Of a DNA stretch of 64,000 bases, positions 1-9,573 are shown piece by piece. Every line of letters begins with the position of its first letter. Within the stretch, counting starts at the first letter, position 1. The notes under the pieces are model-generated. The model ran no database searches, was not told the origin of the DNA, and saw only the letters and a list, made by a program, of their open reading frames with translations. A program made the position numbers and the translations under genes. This DNA is from an uncultured Clostridia bacterium (GTDB lineage: Bacteria; Bacillota; Clostridia; TANB77; CAG-508): NCBI GenBank assembly GCA_944392665.1, contig CALXXJ010000004.1, positions 2,478-66,477 of the forward strand, written 5' to 3'.

Positions 1-1
1 T

Positions 2-232
2 ATTTTTAGCACACATATATATTATACCACAAAAAGCAGTAAATTACTACCAAAATTGGAACGTTTTCCTAAAATTGCTTTGTATCGCTCTTTTCAAAAG
101 ACATATGTCGATTATGATTCAAAAGAGCATACACTGAAGGAAATCTGTGCCATTGGAAATATTCCTGAGTCTGCATTCGAAACAGTTACTATAAATCTGT
201 ATAACCAATTATCTGATTCCATTAGAAGATAA
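2..232 (+). CDS. 3' end of a CDS entering from upstream of the window; function unknown
   Basis: Frame is open from the window edge to TAA at 230-232 (..KEICAIGNIPESAFETVTINLYNQLSDSIRR*). 5'-truncated, so absent from the ORF track. No motif I recognise. Confidence 0.3.
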   Translation: MFSTHIYYTTKSSKLLPKLERFPKIALYRSFQKTYVDYDSKEHTLKEICAIGNIPESAFETVTINLYNQLSDSIRR

Positions 233-280
233 TCATCACAAAGATGGAGATTTTTTCGTTTCTGACTTATAAAAAATAAA

Positions 281-316
281 AGAATAAGAGTGAAATTAAA
301 TCTTTGCTCTTATTCT
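281..316 (-). terminator. Rho-independent terminator after the 324..2100 minus-strand gene pair
   Basis: Stem AGAATAAGAG (281-290) / CTCTTATTCT (307-316). On the minus strand it is followed by the T-rich run complementary to 271-280. Confidence 0.6.
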
Positions 317-323
317 GTAATTA

Positions 324-782
324 TCATTTTCTTTTAAATAGATATTTAATTTTATCAAATATTTTTTCTAAAAAATTCCTTTCCTTATATTTAACAATTG
401 ACATTTCTTCTGAAATAATATTTTCATAATTTTGTGTATGACTTTTCTTGTTTTTAAATAAATTATCTGGATTATATTTTTCTTCATTCTGCTTTTGAAT
501 TTTCATTCTTTCTGCTTCTTGTACTTGAAGAATCTTTTCTTTTTGTTCTGCCGTAGCCCAGTAATCTCTAAATAATATACCTATAATTGCCTGTGCACCT
601 TCTGAAACATTTTGTTCTTCAAGTGTTAAACTTGGATTATATTCAAACTGATAATTTTTATTAGCATACTTTTTAAAAATATCAATTTTAATTTTGGGTA
701 TTTTATTATATTCTTCAATAGAAATATACTTTAATATTTCCAACACCTCTTTATATGCATTTGCATATTTTACATCAATCAT
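324..782 (-). CDS. Hypothetical 152-aa protein, 3 nt downstream of the transglutaminase-fold gene
   Basis: ORF track 324..821. I prefer the ATG at 782 (MIDVKYANAY..), which has GGAGAAA just upstream and lies 1 nt past the upstream stop (784-786). No recognisable motif; Lys/Glu-rich C-terminus. Confidence 0.6.
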   Translation of the reverse strand: MIDVKYANAYKEVLEILKYISIEEYNKIPKIKIDIFKKYANKNYQFEYNPSLTLEEQNVSEGAQAIIGILFRDYWATAEQKEKILQVQEAERMKIQKQNEEKYNPDNLFKNKKSHTQNYENIISEEMSIVKYKERNFLEKIFDKIKYLFKRK

Positions 783-783
783 A

Positions 784-2100
784 TTATTTCTCCTTTGTAG
801 ATTTATCATTTTCCTGTTCAATGCTTATTCTTTCTAAATCTCCCGTTGCTTTTTCATATAAATCTGTAATTTGTACATCTTTCATTCTTGCTAAAGACTG
901 TTTTCCCAATTCTCTTGTATCTACTTTACCTCTCACGTTTGTTTTGTCTATACCTCTACCAACAGCATAAATTCTATTTTCATTTTCATATACTTTTTCG
1001 CCATTTTCATAATGAAAATCTTTAGTTATTAAATCTTTTTTTCCCTCTATATAATCTTGATATTCCTGAACAGATATCTTAAAAGAAAACGGTCTTCTTC
1101 CAAGATTATTTTGATTTTCAATTTCATGTGCTGTATTACTAAAATCAATAAGTAAATATCCGTCTCCATATCTAATTATATTCCATGCATGTCCTTCTAC
1201 TTTACCCCTTGACTCAGCTTCTCCAAAGTGAATCATAGAATCATACCCACACATTTTTAATATATTTTGTGCCAAGCAACTTCTTTCTGAACATTGTGCT
1301 ACATTTTTTCCCTTTAAAGCTTTCAAAGGAAAGTCTCCGTTTAATTGCATATAATCAATAGCACTCATATTTTCATCAAAACTGATACCATTTTTCTTAT
1401 AAAAATTTTCAGCATATGCTGTGCATGTTTGAAAAAAAACCTCTTCTCTTCTGTCAACTTGATCTTTTGGTAATCCAAAATATTTATCTAGAAAAGGCAT
1501 TATATATGGTAACAAATTTGTATTACTATCCAAATTGTATCCCCTAATATCTCTAGCGAACTCATATAAATAATCTCTATCGTAAATATGATAACCAAAT
1601 CCTCCATTGGAATTTAATATTTCTATATTGGGAGATATAAATCCATCATAATAACCTCCATTTTCATATGTATTTTTTGCAAAAATATTTTTTGTTGCTC
1701 CTATGGCTTTAGTAGAAATTTTCTGCTCTTGAATTTTATCTATTATACTATCTACATATAATTTTAGTTCTTCCGAATTGTTACACTTATTCAATCCATC
1801 TAAAAATGCAATTTCATTATTACGCTCATTACTTGTTTCTTCCTGTTGTTGAAAATCAGTTTGTTCGCTTTCTATTAAACTGTCCAATTCGGCTAATAAT
1901 TTATCTATTCTTAAACTTACATCTTCTAAATCGCCTGATGTTTTGCCTCCAATATTATCTATTCTTTTTTGTACCTGACTTAATTTTCCAGTTTCGTCAT
2001 ATATCATTTCTTTTGTTTCATTCTCTTTAATCCATTGCAAATCTATAGCTCTTTTGGCACGATCATCCGAATTTTTCTTATAAAAACTATCAATTCCCAT
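784..2100 (-). CDS. Transglutaminase-like (Cys-His-Asp papain-fold) domain protein with coiled-coil N-terminal half
   Basis: ORF 784..2133; ATG at 2100 preceded by AGGAGAAAAA. The C-terminal half carries ..NVAQCSERSCLAQNILKMCGYDS..GHAWNIIRYGDGYLLIDFSN.., the Cys / His / Asp spacing typical of transglutaminase-core proteins. Confidence 0.6.
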   Translation of the reverse strand: MGIDSFYKKNSDDRAKRAIDLQWIKENETKEMIYDETGKLSQVQKRIDNIGGKTSGDLEDVSLRIDKLLAELDSLIESEQTDFQQQEETSNERNNEIAFLDGLNKCNNSEELKLYVDSIIDKIQEQKISTKAIGATKNIFAKNTYENGGYYDGFISPNIEILNSNGGFGYHIYDRDYLYEFARDIRGYNLDSNTNLLPYIMPFLDKYFGLPKDQVDRREEVFFQTCTAYAENFYKKNGISFDENMSAIDYMQLNGDFPLKALKGKNVAQCSERSCLAQNILKMCGYDSMIHFGEAESRGKVEGHAWNIIRYGDGYLLIDFSNTAHEIENQNNLGRRPFSFKISVQEYQDYIEGKKDLITKDFHYENGEKVYENENRIYAVGRGIDKTNVRGKVDTRELGKQSLARMKDVQITDLYEKATGDLERISIEQENDKSTKEK

Positions 2101-2289
2101 TTTTTCTCCTTTTATATTTATACAAATATACAATTTTATTTTATCATAATAAAAATTTTTTTCAATAATTTTTTTAAACTGGTATGAGTTTTTTGACTGG
2201 AGATTTCCCTAGATTTCAATATTTTAAGCACCAATTCATAATTCGTTTCGAATTTCAACAATCTAATCCATTACAGATTGTCTTTATTT

Positions 2290-2958
2290 CTACTTAATTT
2301 TCAATCCTAATAGCTTCGATAATTCTAAAGCTTGAAATTCATTCACAATGGCACCATTTAAATCTGATATATTTACAGTAATTCCATTAAATTCGCATGT
2401 AGAAAAATCAATTCCTTTTAATTTTGTTCTAACCAATTCAGCTTTATTGAGATCACATTCTGAAAAAGCAATATTTTTCCATGTAACTTCATTCATACTT
2501 GTACTTTGTAAATTCGTATTTTCCATTTTTACATCCCTAAAATTCGCTTCTGAAAAATTTACATAAGCAAAATTGGATTCTGTTATATAGGTATTAAAAA
2601 TATCTGCTTCTATCCATTCACAACCTGTTAGTTTGCAATTAATAAATTCTACTCTATTAAATCCTACTTTACTAAAATTCGAATTTGAAAAATCACAGTT
2701 TTGAAATATGACATCTGAAAAATAAGCATTTTCAAAATTAGAGTGTACCATTTTGCAAGATTCAAATACACAATTTCTAAATTCATATTTCTCAGCTTCT
2801 ATCTTTTCTTCTTCTGCATCCTTAAATTGTTTTTCTCTTATTTCAAATTTTTCAGAATTTTCTAAAATTTCTTTTTTTAAATCTGATATTTCTTCTATTT
2901 CAAATAGTTTCGGTTTTTGTATTTCCAGCTTTCTCACTTTCCTTTCTAAATCATACAT
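2290..2958 (-). CDS. Pentapeptide-repeat protein (Qnr/MfpA-like fold)
   Basis: About 30 consecutive A(D/N)LXX-type pentapeptides (NFENAYFSDVIFQNCDFSNSNFSKVGFNRVEFINCKLTGC..). N-terminal Glu/Lys coiled-coil. Confidence 0.85.
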   Translation of the reverse strand: MYDLERKVRKLEIQKPKLFEIEEISDLKKEILENSEKFEIREKQFKDAEEEKIEAEKYEFRNCVFESCKMVHSNFENAYFSDVIFQNCDFSNSNFSKVGFNRVEFINCKLTGCEWIEADIFNTYITESNFAYVNFSEANFRDVKMENTNLQSTSMNEVTWKNIAFSECDLNKAELVRTKLKGIDFSTCEFNGITVNISDLNGAIVNEFQALELSKLLGLKIK

Positions 2959-2977
2959 TTAAAATTCAATCTTTCCC

Positions 2978-3184
2978 CTAATCTTCCCTATATTCTAAAA
3001 TATCTCCTGGAGTACAATTTAATGCTTTACAAATTGCATCCAAAGTTGAAAATCGAATTGCTTTTCCTTTATTCGTTTTTAGTATGGAAAGATTTGCTTG
3101 TGTAATGCCTATTTTTTCAGCTAATTCTTGTGAACTCATTTTTCTTTTGGCTAACATAACATCTAAATTTACAACAATTGACAT
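2978..3184 (-). CDS. Small Cro/C1 (XRE) helix-turn-helix regulator, YozG-like
   Basis: 68 aa. MLAKRKMSSQELAEKIGITQANLSILKTNKGKAIRFSTLDAICKALNCTPGDIL is the classic short XRE HTH that pairs with DUF2975 membrane proteins. Confidence 0.85.
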   Translation of the reverse strand: MSIVVNLDVMLAKRKMSSQELAEKIGITQANLSILKTNKGKAIRFSTLDAICKALNCTPGDILEYRED

Positions 3185-3197
3185 ATCTTTCCCTCCT

Positions 3198-3692
3198 TTA
3201 TATAGTTAAATCATTTTCATCTTTATATTCAATTGCTTTTCTATAAATTTCTTTTAAAACCACAATACCAATTCCAAATATTAAAAATATGATAGATATT
3301 GCTACATTTGCTAATGGATATATAATGAAAAATCCTTTCTGCATAATTCCAACACCTAAATAGATAAGCAATACATTTATAGCATATATAACTCCTATCA
3401 CAATAGAAGCTATATAACTAATGCCTAATCTTTTTATATTTTTCTTTTCAAATGGATTTTCTTGTTTTAAAGTATTAAATATTTGTAAAAATGCAATAAT
3501 CATAACCAATGCTGGTATAGATGATAAATAAATCAGAATATAAGTTATACTTAATAAATCTTTAGTAAAAAATGCTAAGTTACTTAGAACAAATATACCT
3601 CCAGCAACAATTGCAATGATACAAAGTACTAACAATACACATAAAAATATCATAACAACTGATGATAAACTTTTCTTTCCTAAAATTTTCAT
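3198..3692 (-). CDS. DUF2975-like 4-TM membrane protein (partner of the YozG-like HTH)
   Basis: 164 aa, four hydrophobic segments, immediately upstream of and co-oriented with the small HTH gene. The family call rests on size and gene context. Confidence 0.6.
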   Translation of the reverse strand: MKILGKKSLSSVVMIFLCVLLVLCIIAIVAGGIFVLSNLAFFTKDLLSITYILIYLSSIPALVMIIAFLQIFNTLKQENPFEKKNIKRLGISYIASIVIGVIYAINVLLIYLGVGIMQKGFFIIYPLANVAISIIFLIFGIGIVVLKEIYRKAIEYKDENDLTI

Positions 3693-3704
3693 AATAAATT
3701 CCCC

Positions 3705-5156
3705 CTACTTAATATTCATAAGTTCTTCTTTTGCTTTTATTTCAGACAAATTGGTTTCTTGCCAATTTGTTTTGGTATCTTGTAAACCTTCCTTTTCTTG
3801 AAGCAAATATTCTTTTACTCTTTTTGCTACTGTTTCATCTTTTGCATTTAATAATCGTTTCATTTGTCCAATAGCATCTGTTCCTGTATGATTAAACAAA
3901 TAGTCTAAATCAATTTCATTTTCTTCCTGATTTTCAAAATATCTATCCACATTTCGTTTCGCAATTGTGGATTCTATATTTGAAAAATTTAATATGACAT
4001 ACATAACTGTTACAATTCCTATTGTCCATTTTAATATATCTATCTTTTTATCTAATATCCATAACCCTATTGGTAAAATCAAAATGAATTCTGTTGCTAA
4101 AATGTAGTAAACAAACAACCTTAAATAGGTATATCCATATGCTTTTTCATATAAATTCATTCTGAAAAATGCAGATAGTAGAATAACAACTGTAAATAAC
4201 AATGTTAAAATAGACATTCCTTTTGTATAATTACTTGTATTTCCTTTATTTACTTTTGCAAGTATAATCATAACAATATTAATAAAAGATATGATCATTA
4301 GTTGGAAAAATCCCTGTCTTGCATATGTCGCATAATCAAAATCATTCGTATCTATTTTAGAAAATAAACTTGTAAATTGTATAATACTAAAAATGAAATA
4401 AAATATATTTAAAATTGTTAATATTATATCTATTGTCATTTTCTCTATGTGAATTTCTACTATCTTTTCTTCACTTTCACTGTTAAACATCGTATCTTTT
4501 TTTAGAATATTTACAAAAAATCCTGAAAAAATAAAGAAAAATATCATGATGACACATATTCTTAAACAAAACTTTACAAAATTTTCTGCCATAAATATAT
4601 TTTTAAATTCTCCAAAAACATTTTCAAATATGTTTGCAAATACACTATCTGCTGACATCAATAATATAAAAACAATCAGAATAACAGGAATCGCATATAC
4701 AAATGACTTTACTCCTTGTTTTAGTTTTGCAGATTTCTCATTTTCGATATCTTCTTTTTTCTTAAATTTATTTTTTAAACTATCTATCACATCACTAATA
4801 CTTTCAAAACTTCCTGCTAATAATTCAATTGCTTTAGTTAAAAATTCTTGTACTTTTACATGTACTCTAGTTGTATATATACACATGATAATTGTTAAAA
4901 TTACAATAACAAGTACATTAATGGTCTGAAACAATGTATTGTGATATATAAAATAAGTTGCACTTAATAAAATAATTGGAATTGCAAATATAAATGCTTT
5001 TTTATTCTCTACTTTTTTATGTTTATACATTAAATATATTAGTCCTATTATAAAAGAACTCATAAATAGCAACACAGAAATTCCTGGTTCCTTTTCCCAA
5101 AATAATATAGATTGTAATATACTCAGTATTATTCCACAAATAAAAATCGAACTCAT
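3705..5156 (-). CDS. Polytopic membrane protein (DUF4153/DUF4173-like), function unknown
   Basis: ORF 3705..5261. I prefer the ATG at 5156 (MSSIFICGI..), preceded by AGGAGGGAATCTT. At least 10 hydrophobic segments and a soluble C-terminal tail. Confidence 0.6.
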   Translation of the reverse strand: MSSIFICGIILSILQSILFWEKEPGISVLLFMSSFIIGLIYLMYKHKKVENKKAFIFAIPIILLSATYFIYHNTLFQTINVLVIVILTIIMCIYTTRVHVKVQEFLTKAIELLAGSFESISDVIDSLKNKFKKKEDIENEKSAKLKQGVKSFVYAIPVILIVFILLMSADSVFANIFENVFGEFKNIFMAENFVKFCLRICVIMIFFFIFSGFFVNILKKDTMFNSESEEKIVEIHIEKMTIDIILTILNIFYFIFSIIQFTSLFSKIDTNDFDYATYARQGFFQLMIISFINIVMIILAKVNKGNTSNYTKGMSILTLLFTVVILLSAFFRMNLYEKAYGYTYLRLFVYYILATEFILILPIGLWILDKKIDILKWTIGIVTVMYVILNFSNIESTIAKRNVDRYFENQEENEIDLDYLFNHTGTDAIGQMKRLLNAKDETVAKRVKEYLLQEKEGLQDTKTNWQETNLSEIKAKEELMNIK

Positions 5157-5279
5157 AAGATTCCCTCCTATGTGTTCTATTTTATCTTCATCTTTATCAT
5201 TTGTCAATATTTTTTTATTGTTTTTCGATAATTTCTTGTTTTTAAAAATTACATATATCACATATATGTAACATATCTT

Positions 5280-5594
5280 TTATTCTATTTTTTGGATAAA
5301 TTCTTCTATAGAGGCAATTTTTTTAAGTTCTTTGTTTTCTTTTATCTCATCAAATATATATTCCATATATAAATTTACAACATACAATAACTCCTGTTCT
5401 TTTATGTCCCTTAATTCTCTCTTATGGATATTGGTTTCCATATACTTATCCAACTCTTTTTCCATTAATGAGGTTTCTTCTTTCAATTTATTTAAGTTTA
5501 AAATAGATAATTCTTTGATAGAGTAATAATCTCCATTATTAACACAAGATATTATTTTTTTTAAATAGTTTATATATTCTTCATTTTTTATCAT
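5280..5594 (-). CDS. Hypothetical 104-aa Glu/Lys-rich protein
   Basis: ORF only; co-oriented with downstream genes; no motif. Confidence 0.45.
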   Translation of the reverse strand: MIKNEEYINYLKKIISCVNNGDYYSIKELSILNLNKLKEETSLMEKELDKYMETNIHKRELRDIKEQELLYVVNLYMEYIFDEIKENKELKKIASIEEFIQKIE

Positions 5595-5808
5595 TTTTAA
5601 TTATTTCTCCACATTTTATTCTTTTTTGTATAAGTTTTAGTTATACACGGCGTTTAAATCCATATTATCATTAGTGCTTTTATTTTTCAAGTTTTTTAAT
5701 ATTTTTTAGAATATTTTTATCATTTTCTTCTTATATTATTACTGTGTTTTATGTTAGCTCTCAGCTTGTTATACTTATAATAATACTTTTGAATTATGGA
5801 GGAATAAA

Positions 5809-6150
5809 ATGAATTCTGTCTCAAAAAGTGAAATTGACAAAATATTTGGAAAAATATTAAAAGATTTTAGAGTAAAAAATGGCTATACACAAGAAGTTAT
5901 GGCAGAAAAACTTGGCATTTCTTTAAAATATATATCTAGAATTGAAAATGGATATAGTGGAATTAAAACCCAGACTTTAATTAATTATATGAATATTTTA
6001 GGTATTACTCCTAATACTATTTTTAAAGAACTTATGACAAATAAAGACATAATAAAACAAATTGAAATATCTGAGAAATTAAATCAGCTTTCAGAAGAAA
6101 AACTTAATTTTGTTGATAATATGATTGATTTATTGACTAATTTCAAATAA
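5809..6150 (+). CDS. XRE-family helix-turn-helix transcriptional regulator
   Basis: GYTQEVMAEKLGISLKYISRIENGYSGIKTQTLINYMNILGITPNTIF. GGAGGAATAAA precedes the ATG. Confidence 0.85.
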   Translation: MNSVSKSEIDKIFGKILKDFRVKNGYTQEVMAEKLGISLKYISRIENGYSGIKTQTLINYMNILGITPNTIFKELMTNKDIIKQIEISEKLNQLSEEKLNFVDNMIDLLTNFK

Positions 6151-6185
6151 ATTTGTTATAAATTATCTTTCATAAATAAAAATAT

Positions 6186-6231
6186 AAAGACTATAATTTT
6201 GAATATATTTTCAAAAATCATAGTCTTTTTT
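6186..6231. terminator. Hairpin terminator between convergent genes
   Basis: AAAGACTAT (6186-6194) / ATAGTCTTT (6220-6228) with an inner TTTTGAA/TTCAAAA extension, then a T-run to 6231. Confidence 0.65.
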
Positions 6232-6258
6232 CAATTCTAATTGTAATTATTTTTCAAT

Positions 6259-7653
6259 TTATTCATTCCAAAAAGCCTTATATGTCTTATATGCAGCATA
6301 AACATCATACTTACTTGTCACTTCATAAGGTGCATGCATTGATAACACTGGCACTCCACAATCAATAACATCTGCTCCTTTATTGGCAATAATATAGGCA
6401 ATTGTACCTCCACCACCAATATCTACTCTTCCAAGTTCTGCAATTTGATAATGAATATCATGTTTTTCTAATACATTTCTTACCCATGCTACATATTCTG
6501 CATTTGCATCAGAAGCTCCTGATTTTCCTCTAGCGCCTGTATATTTATTCAAACTAATTCCTTTTCCTAAAAATCCTGCATTAGTTCTATCTGATACAGA
6601 AGCATAAATTGGGTCAAAACCTGCATCTACATCTGAAGATAACATTTTTGAAAAACAAAATACTTTATCTAAAAGATTTGGTCTGTTAACACCTAATTTA
6701 TTTAAGATTTCTGATATAAAGAAATCAAACATATGTGATTCCATACCAGTATTACCCATACTTCCAATTTCTTCTTTGTCAGATAATATACATACAGCGG
6801 TATTTTTTACATTTTCTAATTCCATCATGGCTGCAAGTGATGTATAAGCACATACTTTATCATCTTGCCCATATGCTGCTACCATACTTTCGTCAAATCC
6901 TAAACTTCTAGCTTTGAATGCTGGTACCAATTCAATTTCTGAGCTTGTTAAATCTGCTTCTGTAATTCCATATTTTTGGTTTAAAATATTTAAAATATTT
7001 AATTTTACTTGATCTTTTCCTTTTTCTCCATAAGGAATGCTTCCAATTAAAAGATTTAAATCTTCTCCATCAATTCCATTTTTTAATTTTTTCTCCATTT
7101 GGTCTTGTGCTAGATGTGGTAATAAATCTGTGATAGTAAAGATTGGATCATTTTCATCTTCTCCAATACAAATATCAATTGCTTCTCCATTTGTTTTTAC
7201 AATTGTTCCATGGATACTAAGTGGAATTGTTGTCCATTGATATTTTTTTATTCCACCATAATAATGAGTATTAAAATATGCCATTTCTGTATCTTCATAT
7301 AAAGGATTTGGTTTTAAATCTAATCTAGGAGAATCTACATGTGAACCAATAATATGTAATCCTTGTTCAATATTTTCTGTTCCTATAATGGCTAAATACA
7401 TACTTTTGTTTCTATTAACGAAATATATTTTATCTCCTGGTTTTAAAGTATCAAATTCCATGATATCTTTAAATCCATTTTCATCAGCAAGTTTTCTTGC
7501 CATTTTTACAAATTCTCTCTCTGTTTTAGCTTGATTTAAGAAATTCATATACCCTTTTGAAAAATCAAAAATGTTTTGTTTTTCTTCTTCACTTACTGAA
7601 AGCCATCCATTCTCCTTTTTATCAAAAAGCTTTTTTTGTAATTCTTCACTCAT
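6259..7653 (-). CDS. M18-family aminopeptidase (aminopeptidase 1 / aspartyl aminopeptidase-like)
   Basis: 464 aa. IIGSHVDSPRLDLKPNPLYE.., ..SDKEEIGSMGNTG.., ..PVLSMHAPYE.. match the M18 metal-ligand blocks. Confidence 0.8.
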   Translation of the reverse strand: MSEELQKKLFDKKENGWLSVSEEEKQNIFDFSKGYMNFLNQAKTEREFVKMARKLADENGFKDIMEFDTLKPGDKIYFVNRNKSMYLAIIGTENIEQGLHIIGSHVDSPRLDLKPNPLYEDTEMAYFNTHYYGGIKKYQWTTIPLSIHGTIVKTNGEAIDICIGEDENDPIFTITDLLPHLAQDQMEKKLKNGIDGEDLNLLIGSIPYGEKGKDQVKLNILNILNQKYGITEADLTSSEIELVPAFKARSLGFDESMVAAYGQDDKVCAYTSLAAMMELENVKNTAVCILSDKEEIGSMGNTGMESHMFDFFISEILNKLGVNRPNLLDKVFCFSKMLSSDVDAGFDPIYASVSDRTNAGFLGKGISLNKYTGARGKSGASDANAEYVAWVRNVLEKHDIHYQIAELGRVDIGGGGTIAYIIANKGADVIDCGVPVLSMHAPYEVTSKYDVYAAYKTYKAFWNE

Positions 7654-7796
7654 ACTTTATATCATTCCTTTCTTATGTATTCTTTTTTTCATTTCACAGT
7701 ATATCATTATATTATTCATTTTTCCACTATTTTTATAATTTATTCCAAAAATCTGGTTATACTATATCTAAAGATTATTACGAAAGGTGGAATTTT

Positions 7797-9293
7797 ATGA
7801 ATTCATTATGGATAGATTCTGTAAAAGGCACTTCAAAATTTGAATCATTAGATAAAAATTTAGAAGCTGATATCTGTATCATTGGAGCTGGTATTTTTGG
7901 AATGACTTGTGGATATTATCTAAGTCACTTAGGTTTTAAGGTAATTATCATCGATAAAAACAATTTGGCAGGTACAACTAGTTTTACAACAGGTAAAATC
8001 ACCAGCCAGCATGGCTTATTTTATTCTTATCTAAATACTTCTTATGATATGCACTTTGCTAAAGATTATTTAGAAGTCAATGAAAAAGCTATCAAAAATA
8101 TTGAAAGTATTATCAATAAAGAACAAATCGATTGTGATTTTGAAATGCAAAATAGTTATATATATACCACAAAAAAAGAAGAAGTGGATTTATTAAAAAA
8201 AGAACAAAAAGTATTAGAAAGTTTAGATTATCATGCAGAGTTAACCAAAAATGTTTCTTTACCTTTTGAAGTAGAAGGTGCCCTATGTTTTAAAAATCAA
8301 GCTAAATTTAATCCTTTAAAATATATTTTAGCATTATCGAAAACAATTATTGAAAAAAATGGGCAAATTTATACCAATACCATAGCTGTTGATATAGAAA
8401 AAGACAAAAAAAATTATACAGTTTATACAGATAATGGCAAAATGATAAAAACAAAACATGTCATTATGGCAACACGCTATCCATTTATGAATGTTCCTGG
8501 TTTTTATTTTTCCAAATTGTATCAATCAACTTCCTATATCATTGCATTAGATACAAAAAAAGAATTATTAAATGATATGTATATTAATGTTTCTTCTCCG
8601 ATTTATTCTTTTAGAACAGCCAAATTTAATGGAAAAGACATTTTATTATTAGCAAGTGGCAATAGTAAAACTGGTCATAATTATTCTCAAGAAAATCCTT
8701 ATGACACTTTGAAAAATTTTGCTAAACAATATTATCCAGATTGTGATGTTTTATATGAATGGAGTAGTGAGGATTGTATCTCTTTGGATAAACTTCCTTA
8801 CATTGGTAAATACTCTAGCTTATTACCAAATGTATATGTAGGAACTGGATTTAAAAAATGGGGAATGACACTTTCTAATGTTGCTGCTAATTTAATTGTG
8901 GATGAAATTTGTGAAAGAAAAAATCCATATGCCTATTTATTTGATTCTACAAGATTTGGTTTATTTAAAAATTTTGATGAAGTAAAAAACATGGTTGTTG
9001 ATTCTACCAATTCTTTACTATTAAATAAATTAAAATCTTCAGATGCTTCTTTAGAAAATATAAAATCAAATTCTGGAGATATCATCGAATTAGATGGAAA
9101 AAAGGTTGGTATTTACAGAGATAAAGAAAATCAAATCCATGCAATCAATCCAATTTGCACACATTTAGGATGTTTACTTACTTGGAATGATATTGATAAA
9201 ACTTGGGATTGTCCTTGCCATGGTTCTCGCTATGATGCCATGGGTAAAAATCTATATGGTCCTGCTTTTAAAGATTTAGAAATTTATCAATAA
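7797..9293 (+). CDS. FAD-dependent oxidoreductase fused to a C-terminal Rieske [2Fe-2S] domain
   Basis: ATG at 7797 follows GAAAGGTGGAATTTT. DICIIGAGIFGMTCGYYL dinucleotide fold at the N-terminus; CTHLGCLLTW..CPCHGSRYD Rieske ligands at the C-terminus. The 5' 240 nt of the ORF-track entry overlap the aminopeptidase gene and were dropped. Confidence 0.8.
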   Translation: MNSLWIDSVKGTSKFESLDKNLEADICIIGAGIFGMTCGYYLSHLGFKVIIIDKNNLAGTTSFTTGKITSQHGLFYSYLNTSYDMHFAKDYLEVNEKAIKNIESIINKEQIDCDFEMQNSYIYTTKKEEVDLLKKEQKVLESLDYHAELTKNVSLPFEVEGALCFKNQAKFNPLKYILALSKTIIEKNGQIYTNTIAVDIEKDKKNYTVYTDNGKMIKTKHVIMATRYPFMNVPGFYFSKLYQSTSYIIALDTKKELLNDMYINVSSPIYSFRTAKFNGKDILLLASGNSKTGHNYSQENPYDTLKNFAKQYYPDCDVLYEWSSEDCISLDKLPYIGKYSSLLPNVYVGTGFKKWGMTLSNVAANLIVDEICERKNPYAYLFDSTRFGLFKNFDEVKNMVVDSTNSLLLNKLKSSDASLENIKSNSGDIIELDGKKVGIYRDKENQIHAINPICTHLGCLLTWNDIDKTWDCPCHGSRYDAMGKNLYGPAFKDLEIYQ

Positions 9294-9375
9294 TATTTAT
9301 CATTTTTAAGAAAATTTCTTTATAAATTTCTGCTGTAGCATTTTATAGAAAATTGTTGTTTTTTGCGTTTTTTTA

Positions 9376-9404
9376 TTGACTTGTTTTCTTTTATTTGCTA
9401 CAAT
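9376..9404 (+). promoter_or_regulatory. Near-consensus sigma-A promoter with no CDS downstream
   Basis: TTGACT (9376-9381), 17-nt spacer, TACAAT (9399-9404). Confidence 0.55.
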
Positions 9405-9459
9405 ACCAGTAATAAATCATATATTTATATATCGATTTATTAATTATTTTTTGTTTATT

Positions 9460-9500
9460 GAACTAGATTTCTCCTATAACAGTAATCTAGTTCTTTTTTT
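9460..9500 (+). terminator. Rho-independent terminator
   Basis: GAACTAGATT (9460-9469) / AATCTAGTTC (9484-9493), then T7 (9494-9500). Loop is UCUCCUAUAACAGU. Confidence 0.75.
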
Positions 9501-9573
9501 ATGTCTTTTTGTCTCATTGGGTTCGTTTGTCAGTGCGACATTTTTTGTCAAGTTGCATTCGTTTTTATTTGCG

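Noticed and set aside
7557-7796. N-terminal 80 codons of the 578-aa ORF-track entry
   Set aside because: They overlap the aminopeptidase gene on the opposite strand and are Phe/Ser/Tyr-rich low complexity. A proper RBS and ATG at 7797 begins the FAD-binding fold.
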